Shown: positions 8,566 to 19,373, numbered from the stretch's first letter. The stretch is 62,254 bases of DNA from an uncultured virus (IMG/VR IMGVR_UViG_2897118514_000003) (IMGVR_UViG_2897118514_000003:62001-124254), one strand, 5' to 3'. Notes: generated by a model not told the origin, from the sequence alone. Program-made: numbers and translations.

Positions 8566-10167
8566 TTATGATGTAAGCATGAGAAGCTTTGATGTATCAA
8601 TGATGTAATATGATCTGTTATTTAGCGTTTCACTGTATGATTGCTCGCCCTCAAAATCATTTATCACATCTTTTTCTTCTGTAGTCATATCTTGATACTT
8701 AACCTTCCCATATGATGGAGGAAGCCAGTTTTTCTTTTGGCTGCCAAAAATATTAAACTTCTTAAGTATTTCCTCATCTTTAAACTCGATGTGACATGTC
8801 CCTTTTTTATAGAAAGTTACATAGAAGTACTTTAACTCTATTTTTTTCGTCTCCCCATAATACTCAGCTAATTTTAAAGCTTCATCAATATTTATGTCTT
8901 CTGTCAATCCATTGTCAAGATAATTGAAAACTTTTTCGATATCTTTCAACTTTTCTAAGACCTTATAGTCTGTTGGATTATACCGACCATCTAGCCAGCT
9001 ATAAACGTTCAATGGGATAATCACTTTTTTGTTAATCTTGTACGATTTATTTGTTTTCCACCCATTATATAAGTGCACATTTTTTGATGATTCATCATAG
9101 TAATGCTTGTGGCTAAATTCTTCAAAAAGATTAAGTATTGTGTCTTCTACTCCCTGCGTCATCTCTTTGCTCATTTGAATTCTCAATGTATAGATATTGA
9201 ATAAAGAAAAGTCATAGTCTTTTAATTCCTCAACATGCTGCAAATATTTTTGCTTCAGATTGCTTGTAAAGAGCCCCATAAATTGATCATTATTAAATAA
9301 CGTATTCCAATACTTCGCCCTGATTTGTTTTATATATGCATTCTCTATATCATTTTCTTCTTTATTCTTATCAATTTGCAGCTTCAATATTGGAGTACTG
9401 TCATCATTGAAGCTATGCAGCATTAAGGGTTTTAAACTGTTGTATTCATTGATTAATTTTAAACCCGCTTTGATTTCATAATTGAATTGTTCTACTATCC
9501 CTTTTATAAAGTCTGCATTCACTAACTGTGTTGCTTTATAATCCTCATTAATTCTATGAGACTCATCTTTTTTTAAGTCTTCTATTAGGACACTGCTATA
9601 TTCTTGTTTTTCAATGCTTATGTATATTAGTGCCGTTTCAACTTCTGTGCTTCGCTCTGAGTTCGAAAAAGCGTTTTGAATGTATTCAACTTCTGCATTT
9701 ATTTCCTCTAGCTTACGAATCAAAAATTTCCTGTCATTCGAATACGGATTTTTCAATGTTTCGGCATTTAGTATGCAAACAATTTGACCAGGTCTTTGTT
9801 GCTTCTCTATTAATTCAATCGCCTTTAATAAGTGTTTAACACCGCTGCTAAAAGGTGGATTCATAAAAATCAAATCGTACTTCTTGTAAGTGTTAAAGGT
9901 CAAAAAATCGTCTGCTATCACTCTGTAATCTTTGCCTTTAAGTATGTGCTGTAAGTTTTCATCTTGCTCAATTGTATCCACGTCATACTTTGAATTCCTT
10001 CTGTAGTTCTTAGTGTTTTTAAATTGAGTGTAAATGGCTTCTACTAAGTTTCCTTTACCTGCTGACGGCTCTAGAACAGAGTTAATGTACTTCCATTCTA
10101 CTTTAGATGTCATCTTTCGGATTAACTGTGGTGGTGTCGGATAAAAATCCGGATTATCTTTAAACAT
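8566..10167 (-). CDS. SAM-dependent amino-methyltransferase with DUF4942-like C-terminus
   Basis: DFYPTP, LEPSAGKG (motif I), MNPPF (motif IV), C-terminal FYKKGTCHIEF. Confidence 0.8.
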   Translation of the reverse strand: MFKDNPDFYPTPPQLIRKMTSKVEWKYINSVLEPSAGKGNLVEAIYTQFKNTKNYRRNSKYDVDTIEQDENLQHILKGKDYRVIADDFLTFNTYKKYDLIFMNPPFSSGVKHLLKAIELIEKQQRPGQIVCILNAETLKNPYSNDRKFLIRKLEEINAEVEYIQNAFSNSERSTEVETALIYISIEKQEYSSVLIEDLKKDESHRINEDYKATQLVNADFIKGIVEQFNYEIKAGLKLINEYNSLKPLMLHSFNDDSTPILKLQIDKNKEENDIENAYIKQIRAKYWNTLFNNDQFMGLFTSNLKQKYLQHVEELKDYDFSLFNIYTLRIQMSKEMTQGVEDTILNLFEEFSHKHYYDESSKNVHLYNGWKTNKSYKINKKVIIPLNVYSWLDGRYNPTDYKVLEKLKDIEKVFNYLDNGLTEDINIDEALKLAEYYGETKKIELKYFYVTFYKKGTCHIEFKDEEILKKFNIFGSQKKNWLPPSYGKVKYQDMTTEEKDVINDFEGEQSYSETLNNRSYYIIDTSKLLMLTS

Positions 10168-10221
10168 TTTTATTCTCCCCTTTTTATAAGGGAATGAGAT
10201 GTTTTCCCATCCCCTATTAGT

Positions 10222-12105
10222 TTATAGATTAGGCTTATATGTATTGATTATTGGTTTGAAGCTTTTTTTATTTAAGTAACCTAAAACTTCATCAAATTGT
10301 CTTTTATCACAAGAGTGGTACTTACTATGAATTATTTTCATCCCATCTGGTTTAAGCTCTACATGATTCAATACTGTTTCAGGCAGCGAGTGCCACCCTT
10401 TGAATATCAGTAATTCTGAATAGAAGTGACGATAATATAATTTTCTTTTATTTTCAGGCCGGTATGTCAACTTGACTGCATTATCATATTGGGCATATTT
10501 AGTTGGCTGGGAACTGTCATACGTTATCCTTTCGGTAATCAAAGATCCAAGATCAGATATGTAAAATAGAGTATATTTTTCACCTTTTTCAAGATCAGCA
10601 TTTTTAAATTGCTCTTGAATACTGTCAACTTCCTGGAGAATTCTGTATAAAGAAATTTTCAATTCTTCTATACCTACTTGTTGGACAACATTTTTACTCA
10701 ACTTGAAATTATTTAACCTTAGCTTTTCTTTTAATGAAGCTTTATATTTGTTCCAGTCTTCCTTTTTCCAAGTCTCAAACATATTCAATTCCTCAATAAC
10801 CGAAGTTGAAATGTCTTCTAACTTATCTGCTTGATTTTTTAACTCCTGTACTTCTTCTTCATTTAACGTTTGCTTATAAGAAATCGACATTTCAATTTTT
10901 GCATTATCCACTAAGCCGACATATCTTGCATAAGAGTAGCCTTGAGCATCTACAATAAATTGTAATTTGCCATTGTAGTACACACCAACACCATACAAAT
11001 TCCATTGAACCGTTCTTTTTTCTAAATCGTCCATATTGTAATAGTCAATCATTGAGTTGATTCTATTGTCTTCCGTAAAGCTCCCACCTGTTTCAGATAA
11101 GAAATCAAATTCATTTAGTAGCATGTTAGAGAAGTTGTTTAAAGCTTCTTCGGTATTGAAATGCACTTCTTTTGTAATTTTTACATTTTCGAGAGTAAAA
11201 TCTCCTTTGGTAACCTCATCTTTATACTGATCAAGTGTGCTATTCTTATTTAAGTTTGCGAACTGTGAATCAATAACAAAATACTGTTGTTCTTCGTTCA
11301 ATTGTTTTACTACAATGCTGCTATATATATTTTCAATTTGTTTCTTTTCTTCTTGTTGTTGTCTCTTATATTCAGCATTTTTGATTTCTTGTTCTTTTAG
11401 ATATTCCTGAAGTTCTTTTTCTTTTCTTGTTTTCTCGCCTTCTTTAAATTCTTCGAGCTTTGAATCAAACAATGTCATATCTTCTTTAATTTCTTCTGTC
11501 TGTTCTGTCTCTTTGTATTCCCAATCTAATGAAACATGACCATAGAAATTGTAACTGCCTGCATAATCAGTATATGGATCTGCTGGGCTGAAGCAATGGC
11601 GATAATTGTTTAAAAAACTGTTGCAATAATCATAGATTGCAGTCAAATAAACTGAACCTTTTTCATAAGGACTTGACTTGATTGTAATGTTAATCGTGCT
11701 ATGTAAATAACTTCCTCCAGTAGTAACAGAGAATTTGCATTGTGGGAAACGTTGTCTTACATGCTTTCTAATTTCCTTTGCCAATTCTTTAACTTCTTGT
11801 TCCTTATTTACGTCTATATCATTCCATTGAGTTGCATCCCACAGACTCAATTTTTCATTTTTAGTTTTCTTTTTAGGCTTAGTGGTTGTAGCATATGCAA
11901 TTTCTTGCTTTGTAAGGCTGTTAGCAACTTCCATAGATTTTTCATTACGTTTGTTCCACCAACATTTTTTGAATCCAGAGTATCGAAAACCGTTTGATTT
12001 AAGATGAGTTAAAACCTCTTGTTCTGGTTTACTATCAAAATAAAGTTCAATTCCGTTTAACTCTTCATTAATTCTTAAAACAGCTGTCATTTTCAACCTC
12101 TCCAT
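10222..12105 (-). CDS. Large polyvalent-type protein with LPD29-like domain (likely start ATG 12090)
   Basis: N-terminal GIELYFDSKP..LK..GFR...KCWW domain; AKEIRKHVRQRFPQCKFSVT motif. Confidence 0.65.
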   Translation of the reverse strand: MERLKMTAVLRINEELNGIELYFDSKPEQEVLTHLKSNGFRYSGFKKCWWNKRNEKSMEVANSLTKQEIAYATTTKPKKKTKNEKLSLWDATQWNDIDVNKEQEVKELAKEIRKHVRQRFPQCKFSVTTGGSYLHSTINITIKSSPYEKGSVYLTAIYDYCNSFLNNYRHCFSPADPYTDYAGSYNFYGHVSLDWEYKETEQTEEIKEDMTLFDSKLEEFKEGEKTRKEKELQEYLKEQEIKNAEYKRQQQEEKKQIENIYSSIVVKQLNEEQQYFVIDSQFANLNKNSTLDQYKDEVTKGDFTLENVKITKEVHFNTEEALNNFSNMLLNEFDFLSETGGSFTEDNRINSMIDYYNMDDLEKRTVQWNLYGVGVYYNGKLQFIVDAQGYSYARYVGLVDNAKIEMSISYKQTLNEEEVQELKNQADKLEDISTSVIEELNMFETWKKEDWNKYKASLKEKLRLNNFKLSKNVVQQVGIEELKISLYRILQEVDSIQEQFKNADLEKGEKYTLFYISDLGSLITERITYDSSQPTKYAQYDNAVKLTYRPENKRKLYYRHFYSELLIFKGWHSLPETVLNHVELKPDGMKIIHSKYHSCDKRQFDEVLGYLNKKSFKPIINTYKPNL

Positions 12106-12172
12106 TCATCATAGTAATATTATTTTTATTCTAATTTTATGTAATAATTTCTTATCCCCTTAACTTGTTTTA

Positions 12173-12201
12173 AGTATAACATGATCACTATAAATTATCA
12201 A
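12173..12201 (-). promoter_or_regulatory. SigA-type early promoter of the LPD29/MTase operon
   Basis: TTGATA-17bp-TATACT with extended TG; AGAATAAAA boxes at 12117-12132 and 12207-12222. Confidence 0.7.
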
Positions 12202-12417
12202 TGGTTATTTTAATTTTATTCTAATAAATTTATATAAGTTTTCGTTCAGCTTGCTGAACAAAACCGGACGTAAAGTGCCCTTCTTTACGGACGTATGTAC
12301 TTAAAATGTTCTCCTTTTTTAAAATTTATTTTTATACCCTTTCCCTAAAGACTTAGGCTCTGAAACCCTTGATATGACTGACTTTTTTTCAAAGTTTAAG
12401 AGGTTTGTTCTATTAAC

Positions 12418-13635
12418 CTATTCATTTAACCATTCTAAAAGCAGCTTCCTCATTCTTAAAGATGGAATGAATAATGTTATTTCTTTTCCATCTCTTATAC
12501 CTGATCTCCATATCCACTGTACTAATTCAGATAAAGCAAACAAATCCTGATCAATTGTGATATTATATTTATTCTTAAAGTAACTATAAAGGATTGTATT
12601 AACGTATCTGTTTATTGTATAAGCTAAATGTTTCTTATGTTTAAATTCATTTGTAGCACGTGCATTACAGGAAACAAAACCTTTTGTATATCCATTACCT
12701 TTTATTTTATTCTTATGTTCTGAATAGGTCGTCCACATTGCTTCATCACTTGATGACTTAACAATGTTGTTAAAGTAATTGAATACATTGTTCTTTACCT
12801 TCTTGATTGTATAAGGTGACTTATCTTTGTACCAGGTTGATGATAATGAATAATCTAACTGGCCTACAGCATTCAAGTTACCTTCATAAATTTTAATCTT
12901 ATTACGGATCATTTTCTTAACGTTGTTCTCAAAGTCTTTATTGTATTGAGTAAACCGGTATTCCCCATCTACATAGGATGAGACATACTTTTCATAAGCA
13001 ATATCATTTACATCATAATAATATCTTTGTATCTGAGCATCAAACATGTAAGTTAATATGTAAACCTCTTTAAACAATTTGAATACCTCAGCTGGAAAGT
13101 TCCAAATCAATATACTGTCTTTAAAATAAACAAGATTATTGTTCAATGCCATGTCTCTAATGTCATTGTAACGTGTCTCATAATCCCTTTTATCTTCGTT
13201 CCATTTAACAAATCCATCTTCAACATAGATAAGATTAGAATCAAATAGTGTTGTAAGATCATGTGTCTTCACTTGTAGCTGCTCAACTACTTCCATAACC
13301 TCATCTAATATTAAAGTATAGTTACCTGAAAGGATAAGCTCTTTTGTTTCATCGTTTGCGTTCTTAAATAGGTTATGAGTTGCAACAATGTTTTTATTCT
13401 GTGATAAGAGTTCATGAAGTGATTCAAATTTATATTGAGTCTTATCCCCTTTTGTTCTTACTTTAGGTTCATACATTTGTCTGTTGGTTACACTTTTCTT
13501 TATCCGCTCAACCTCATTAAGATAAGGTGTGACAAATATAAAGTTATCTTCTGGGTTAGCGTTGTTCATGTAGTTAATAGCTGCTGATGTCTTACCAGAT
13601 CCCATTATGGAATCAACTACTTTAACCTTATTCAT
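12418..13635 (-). CDS. yonV: YonV-like P-loop helicase-fold protein
   Basis: DSIMGSGKT Walker A, LILDE Walker B, QWIWRSGIR; next to yonU. Confidence 0.65.
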   Translation of the reverse strand: MNKVKVVDSIMGSGKTSAAINYMNNANPEDNFIFVTPYLNEVERIKKSVTNRQMYEPKVRTKGDKTQYKFESLHELLSQNKNIVATHNLFKNANDETKELILSGNYTLILDEVMEVVEQLQVKTHDLTTLFDSNLIYVEDGFVKWNEDKRDYETRYNDIRDMALNNNLVYFKDSILIWNFPAEVFKLFKEVYILTYMFDAQIQRYYYDVNDIAYEKYVSSYVDGEYRFTQYNKDFENNVKKMIRNKIKIYEGNLNAVGQLDYSLSSTWYKDKSPYTIKKVKNNVFNYFNNIVKSSSDEAMWTTYSEHKNKIKGNGYTKGFVSCNARATNEFKHKKHLAYTINRYVNTILYSYFKNKYNITIDQDLFALSELVQWIWRSGIRDGKEITLFIPSLRMRKLLLEWLNE

Positions 13636-13722
13636 TTAGCATCTCCTTTTGATTTAATTAAAATAAAGGAACGATAAATGTTTACCGCTCCTTATTTACA
13701 GTTTGATATTTAACTGGTGTGT

Positions 13723-13881
13723 TCAAGGTTCATGTTGTTTAACTTTGCTTATCTCTTCTCTGTACTCTAAAAGGTCTTTATCAATTCTGACAGTTGCTTC
13801 TTTGATGGAGTCAATATCTTTCTTGAGCATTTCCAATTCCTTTGTCAGCTGCCGAATAGCATCCAGGAATTTTTTCTCCAA
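13723..13881 (-). CDS. yonU: YonU-like coiled-coil protein, 52 aa (not in ORF track)
   Basis: TTG start, GAGGTG RBS, MEKKFLDAIRQLTKELEMLKKDIDSIKEATVRIDKDLLEYREEISKVKQHEP. Confidence 0.75.
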   Translation of the reverse strand: MEKKFLDAIRQLTKELEMLKKDIDSIKEATVRIDKDLLEYREEISKVKQHEP

Positions 13882-13925
13882 TCATCTCACCTCAATGATT
13901 TAATTATACCATGAGGCCTATAAGA

Positions 13926-14141
13926 TTAGTGAGACTTGTTTCTTAGTTTAAGGAATACAAAATAGATGATCCACAACAATATGGCAATGATACATGTGAC
14001 TATGAATATTATATTGATTAGTGTTTGTGCTTCGCTGCTGAAGTAATCCTTAATGAGTTGAAACATTAAGAATAAGCCAATGAATGTGACATGGGTAAAC
14101 CGTAGCGAGAATCGTTTCATGTTTACAATGTGCTTGATCAT
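13926..14141 (-). CDS. yoyJ: YoyJ, small two-TM protein of the yonT/yoyJ/SR6 locus
   Basis: Two hydrophobic helices downstream of yonT; upstream ATG at 14176 is one base out of frame. Confidence 0.75.
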   Translation of the reverse strand: MIKHIVNMKRFSLRFTHVTFIGLFLMFQLIKDYFSSEAQTLINIIFIVTCIIAILLWIIYFVFLKLRNKSH

Positions 14142-14154
14142 GTTATAATATGGG

Positions 14155-14260
14155 TAGAACTAAAGGAGAAGTTCATTCCCCTTTAGCTTAGCTCTCATCG
14201 GCGTATACGTTGGCGTTGTCTCTTTGGTCGGAGCCGCTTGCGTATACGCTTTTTCTTTTT
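14155..14260 (+). ncRNA. SR6-like antisense RNA antitoxin (ends approximate)
   Basis: Plus-strand TTTACA..TGnTATAAT promoter at 14122-14149 reading into the 3' end of yonT; known SPbeta arrangement. Confidence 0.6.
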
Positions 14261-14371
14261 GCTTGTCCCATTCTTTAGGTTTCTTATCTTCTCAACTATT
14301 GTTAGACTGTTGATTGTAAGAACCGTTAAAGATATGAGGAAAGCAACTATGATACCCACTTTCTCAAGCAC
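14195..14371 (-). CDS. yonT: YonT type I toxin, 58 aa
   Basis: GTG start with AAAGGAGGTG RBS; TM helix plus Arg/Lys-rich tail; TGnTATAAT at 14399-14407. Confidence 0.9.
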   Translation of the reverse strand: MLEKVGIIVAFLISLTVLTINSLTIVEKIRNLKNGTSKKKKRIRKRLRPKRQRQRIRR

Positions 14372-15382
14372 TATGTACACCTCCTTTCCTATAACTCTAT
14401 TATAACACAATCCACCTATAAAGTCATTTTATTTTTACTCTTAATATGGATTTTTTAAAATTATTTTGGACTATTATTCATGGGTGTTTATAGGCTGTAT
14501 AAGGCGTGTATGTGGATTGGATACCCAATGTACTATGATTCATTTAAAATTGATTCTAGGTGCATTAGAATGATTCTGATGATGCCTAGTTACTGTGTTA
14601 TGGGATGGGTATATAATGATGTGTGGTGAAGATAAATGTGTTTTAGGTAAGATGAGGATAGGAAATGGTGGATGTAATGAGATGAAGGATGAGAAGGAAT
14701 ATTATTAGAGTGAATATAAAATAGGTGTATGAATTGATGAGTAAATTGTATAGATAAAAAATAAGACTTCGATTTGCTTCCTTTCGTTATATACACGATT
14801 ATTTTTAATGAATGGGTATTCACTTTTAAATTGACCACTTAATTATTTTTTCAAAAATAACTATTGTTTTTCATTTGAAATTGTGTTAGCTGTGCAAATT
14901 TATCAGCCAAATTATAAAAACCCTACATAACGTATCTTATATAGGGAATTCAATACCAATATATAGGGGGTATATTAACATCTAAAGGCCAAAAAACAGG
15001 AACAAATGTGCCCATAGCACTTCCATTTCCACACCCTATCCAAATTTTCATTTTCCTAATTCCTCCCCAAAATCACCCTTTTTCACATCGTAATCGCTAT
15101 CGTAAAAGCCTTTTATATCAATGTTTTTCCCTCTTCAATTTTCCCTATTTTCATCAATTTCTCCTTAAAACGACTTCTTTCCCCTACTCTCACTTACGTT
15201 TTACGATCGTTTGCCCCCTATTCACTAATTAAAGTATCAAATATCCTTATGTTTACTGTCTTTTTTAGCCCTTTATAAATTTTTACGATAAGCATGTTTT
15301 TCGTGCAAATAACATTACGATATGCAAACCAAATCCAAAATAAAAAAGGTGATCTTAATTCGATCACCACCTTTTCTTGTGT

Positions 15383-15882
15383 CTATTCCCACTTTTCATC
15401 ATCTGATATCCATTTATTTGCCCGTAAATCCAATGATTTATAATGATCATGAATAACAAAGTATGAAGGCAAGTTCATTTTATGACCTTGAGCTGCTTTC
15501 CAACACTCATAAAACCACTCTGTGAATGCTTTATGTTCTTCCCTTTCTATTTCAATATCGTTGTTTTCATAAAACTCATCAAATTCCTTTTTATTCTCCC
15601 TAGATAGTTGAAAATATTTAATATCAGGTATAACTTGAGTGCTCCCTGAAAAAATTGTTTTGTCTTCTCCTTCATAAAACACTTCACTTGCCTCTTTATC
15701 CATTGAAAACATTCTTATTGATATCTCAAATCTTGTTGGATTAATAAAGGCCATGTAGTCCACTAAATCAATATCAATATAAAAATTGTAGTTGATTGTT
15801 TTTTGATTTCCCTTGTTAATAAAGCTGTGTGTTGGCCGAGATTTTGCTTAACTGTTTTGATATAGTCTTCCAGTGAGAACAT
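15383..15882 (-). pseudogene. ~166-aa hypothetical gene with a 1-bp deletion in an A-run
   Basis: ATG 15882 (AAGGGGT RBS) gives MFSLEDYIKTVKQN...; one extra A near 15800 joins it to the 15383-15763 ORF; span is 500 nt. Confidence 0.65.
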
Positions 15883-16053
15883 TTAATTACCCCTTTTCTT
15901 ATTTGTTTGCTTAATAAAGTAGTAAACCACCCATCCAATTAAGATGACAGACAGCCCCCAATACTTTTGCTCAGTTGGAAGCATGTAAGATACTAAAATA
16001 GCTAAGACTAGTGACGGCAACATAATCATGTAGTATTTCTTTCTATTTTTCAT
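15883..16053 (-). CDS. Small two-TM protein, 56 aa (not in ORF track)
   Basis: MKNRKKYYMIMLPSLVLAILVSYMLPTEQKYWGLSVILIGWVVYYFIKQTNKKRGN; AAGGGG RBS; stop abuts next ATG. Confidence 0.65.
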   Translation of the reverse strand: MKNRKKYYMIMLPSLVLAILVSYMLPTEQKYWGLSVILIGWVVYYFIKQTNKKRGN

Positions 16054-16135
16054 AATCTTCTTCCCCTTTTATACGCATATATCGCCTATTAGTTTCGATA
16101 ATACATCTCGAAATTAAAAATTTTTGAAATTAATG

Positions 16136-16164
16136 TTTACAAGAATAAAAATAAAATATATAAT
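16136..16164 (+). promoter_or_regulatory. SigA-type promoter of yonP-yonO with a putative operator filling the spacer
   Basis: TTTACA-AGAATAAAAATAAAATA-TATAAT. Confidence 0.8.
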
Positions 16165-16241
16165 CAAGTCACCTGCTAAACACAGGAATTTTTATTATTT
16201 TTATTTAGAATAAAAATAATATTACTAATGGAGGTGATTGA

Positions 16242-16421
16242 ATGAACAAACAGTATATGTTTAGTAACTTAATTGGTTTTCTTGAAACTAAAGTTATTAA
16301 TGAAACAGCAACACCAGAAGAAGAAAACCTTTATCAAGACTATTTGTGGTACGGAACAGTTAATAAAAAAAGTCATACATACAGAAATTTAGTGTCTCAA
16401 TATTTAAATAGTAGTTATTAA
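16242..16421 (+). CDS. YonP-position small protein, 59 aa (not in ORF track)
   Basis: GGAGGTG RBS; MNKQYMFSNLIGFLETKVINETATPEEENLYQDYLWYG...; directly upstream of yonO. Confidence 0.7.
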   Translation: MNKQYMFSNLIGFLETKVINETATPEEENLYQDYLWYGTVNKKSHTYRNLVSQYLNSSY

Positions 16422-16465
16422 GAATAAAAATAAAATAGTTTATTAATTTACAAGGGGAGAATTTA

Positions 16466-19373
16466 TTGAAAGGAAAAAAAGACGGTCTTAATAAGCAAGT
16501 ACATATTTACAGTATTGATACTTCTGCTTTTTATAATGATCAAGAAAACAAATTACATAACAAGATTTTAAAATCATATAGGTACAGAGATTATCTAAAA
16601 AAACTTGAACATGTTGATAAAAAACATAAGAAGTACATAACGCAAAGGATTATTTCCTTAAAAGAAAATCTTTATAACGCCTTTAACAATCATAATCAAA
16701 TAAGAACACTTAGAACAGATTCCCTGAAAGATAATAATGTGATTTCATTATTTGATTCTGTCTTAACTCGAACGTTGGGAATCAAAGAAAACTCTCTCTC
16801 TGAAGAGATCATGGTTGTCCAAACTTATCACTTTCAAATTTTAAGGGACATTATTGATAAAGGATTCATACATAACAATGAGAAATACGTTTATTTCACT
16901 AGCAGTGCCGGTCAAATACGAACCAAAAAGTCTTGTTTTATCAAACAAAGCACCTTAGATAAGTATCAAAATGCTTTAACTTGTGGTCTTAGTGTGGAGC
17001 ATATCAATGCTCAAGGTGGAAGCAGCATAAACAAATGGAATAGCTACATGGCCTTATCGAATAGCGCCAGCAGTCCATGGGAAATTGATATTGATAAAGC
17101 AATTGTCGTAAATGACTTAGAAACAAATGTTTCCAGCCTAGTTGATTATATTGACCGGGATACATATGAAATCACACGTAAGATTATGGATATTCCTATA
17201 GAACATACAGATGGTTGTGGAATGATGCTCCCTAGTTTGAGTCAGAAAAGCTTTATGGTCAGATTACCTTGGGTTAAGGGTCTACTTGTTCCATTTGACT
17301 TTAGAAAGTTTGCTGAAAAACACAGTTCATTTATAGTTAAAGACGTCTACGGTAAAGAATGGGACATTATTAAAGATGATATCCAAATAATTTTTACGAA
17401 AAGCCAGTTTAAGATGTGGAAGTACTATGATTCTTGGGATGATTATCGCTATAAATTTAAAAAGTATGGATGTTTAGGAGCTAAATTAAATGAAGAAGAT
17501 CCATCTGTTGAGGGAAAACTGACTTACCAGATGCTACAAACACTCACTGATATCACAGATGAGGAATTGAAACAAATCAGCTCAAAGACTGTTAGTGAGA
17601 TTACTCAATTAGGCACTGATAAAGAAACAATGATGAAAGTTTTAGGGGCTACCGAGAAAAATAAACATAAGACAAGCCTTCAAGAAGCTCTACTAATATA
17701 TCCTGAGCTGCTAAATGATGACCATACCAAAGAAATCATTAAGAATAAGAAGAAGAGTATGATTAAGGACGCCAAATCAGGGAAATTACTTGTCAGTGAC
17801 GCCAGGTATACATATTTATGTCCTGATCTATATGCTTTTTGTGAAAGACTGTTTCTTGGAATTGAGAATCCAAAAGGACTTCTCACCGGCAGCAATGTTT
17901 ATTGTTCTTTATATGATGAAGGGCATATTGATATCCTCCGCTCCCCTCACCTATACAGAGAACATGGAGTTAGATGGAACAAGAAAGACGAGGAATATGA
18001 TAAGTGGTTCATTACCCCAGGTGTTTATACCAGCATTCATGATCCGATATCCAAGCTGCTGCAGTTTGACAATGACGGGGATAAGGCCTTAATTATTTCT
18101 GATGAGCTAATCGTCAATATTGCCAAACGTAATATGGAGAACATCGTTCCTTTGTATTATGAAATGTCTGTAGCCCAGAAACAAGAGATTAATAGCAGAA
18201 ACATCTATGAAGCACTAACTCTTGCTTATGGAATCAATATCGGGGAGTACAGTAACAACATCACTAAGATATGGAACAGTGACAATATAAACCTGGACGT
18301 GATCAAATGGTTATGCATGGAGAATAACTTTACTATCGATTAAATTTATAGTCGCGTCGCATAGCGATATGCGGATGAAAAGTCAGTGAACCTAGAAAAC
18401 TAGGGTGTGCATTCAGCGAAAAGTAGCGATAGGAAATGATCGTCAATGAGTGTGCTAACAGGGGAATTCTAATTAATACATTTTACATTTTTAAACAATG
18501 GAATTAAACAAGGAAGAACCTATAAAAATGTGAAATGAATGTAGAATGTATTATATGAAAACCCTGTGCCAAGCGTTTACATCATGCTGAGAAGTACTTG
18601 TAAATGAAGGTGCAACGACCATCCTTTATGGAGTAATAATAAGGTGAAATTCCTTATTATGAAGCGCTGACCATCTGTCTAGTACAGATGATGATATGGT
18701 CTATTCCCTAATAAATATCGGGAAACCGAGGGTATCAAAGTTCGCAAAAACCTTATTCATGCCCACCCGCCCTGATCATGTTGATGAGCAAATCAAAGAT
18801 TACATAAAAAATAAAGTGCCCCACTTCTTCATCAATGCAAAGGATAAAGAAGAACATAGCGTAGAATCGATTAATGAAAGTACAGTAAATAAGTTAGACT
18901 CAATTATTCCTAATGAACGAATCAACTTTAACGCAGTTGCAGGAAAATTTGATTACCGTTTCTTACTTCGAAATAAAAAAGTGAAACTTGATGAAACGGT
19001 TATCAATGAGTACAAACGTCTTGACCGAAACAAAAAGTGGCTCATGAATAATGAAGAAATTAAACCAGGAGAAAAGCTATACGTCTATAAGATTATCAAA
19101 CAAAGATTAATGGAAATACATAACGATGAGCAACTTATTACAGATGTTTTAGTTAAGTACCTATATAAAAAGAAGAGTAAATTCAAATCGACTTTGTGGG
19201 AGTGCTTTGGCGAACATATATTGGAAAATTTAAAGATTAACTTAAGGAATTTTAAGGCTTGTGGGAATTGCGGAAAAATGTTCAGTCCCTCTTCTAATAA
19301 ATCTAAATACTGTAACAATTGCTCAAAAAAAATGATCTTAGATAAACATAAACGCTACAATAAAAAAAGATAA
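16466..19373 (+). CDS. yonO: YonO single-subunit RNA polymerase, spliced: exon 1 16466-18340, exon 2 18741-19373 (835 aa)
   Basis: TDGCG, RSPH and catalytic FDNDGD motifs; removing 18341-18740 gives in-frame NNFTID|FAKTLF; C-terminal CxxC..CxxC. Confidence 0.93.
18341..18740 (+). ncRNA. Group I self-splicing intron (IA2-like), no ORF
   Basis: Exon ends in U, intron ends in G; P1 CGAT/GTCG with U.G at the splice site; P3 GTCAG(18382)/CTGAC(18667); P7 GACCA(18617)/TGGTC(18697); P7.1/7.2, P8 and a GAAA-capped P9. Confidence 0.9.

Larger units (their letters stand above)
7..16436. repeat. Dispersed 16-bp AGAATAAAAATAAAAT box at early promoters (candidate SPBRE/repressor operator)
   Basis: Minus strand at 7, 304, 2050, 12117, 12207, 14426; plus strand at 16142, 16207, 16421 (0-1 mismatch). 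Confidence 0.8.

Noticed and set aside
14590..15232. 82-aa and 74-aa ORFs in the skewed region
   Set aside because: His/Pro/Phe-rich products simply reflect base skew; no RBS
18696..19373. Separate 225-aa gene after a truncated yonO
   Set aside because: Its first 15 codons are intron P7-P9 sequence; it is exon 2 of yonO
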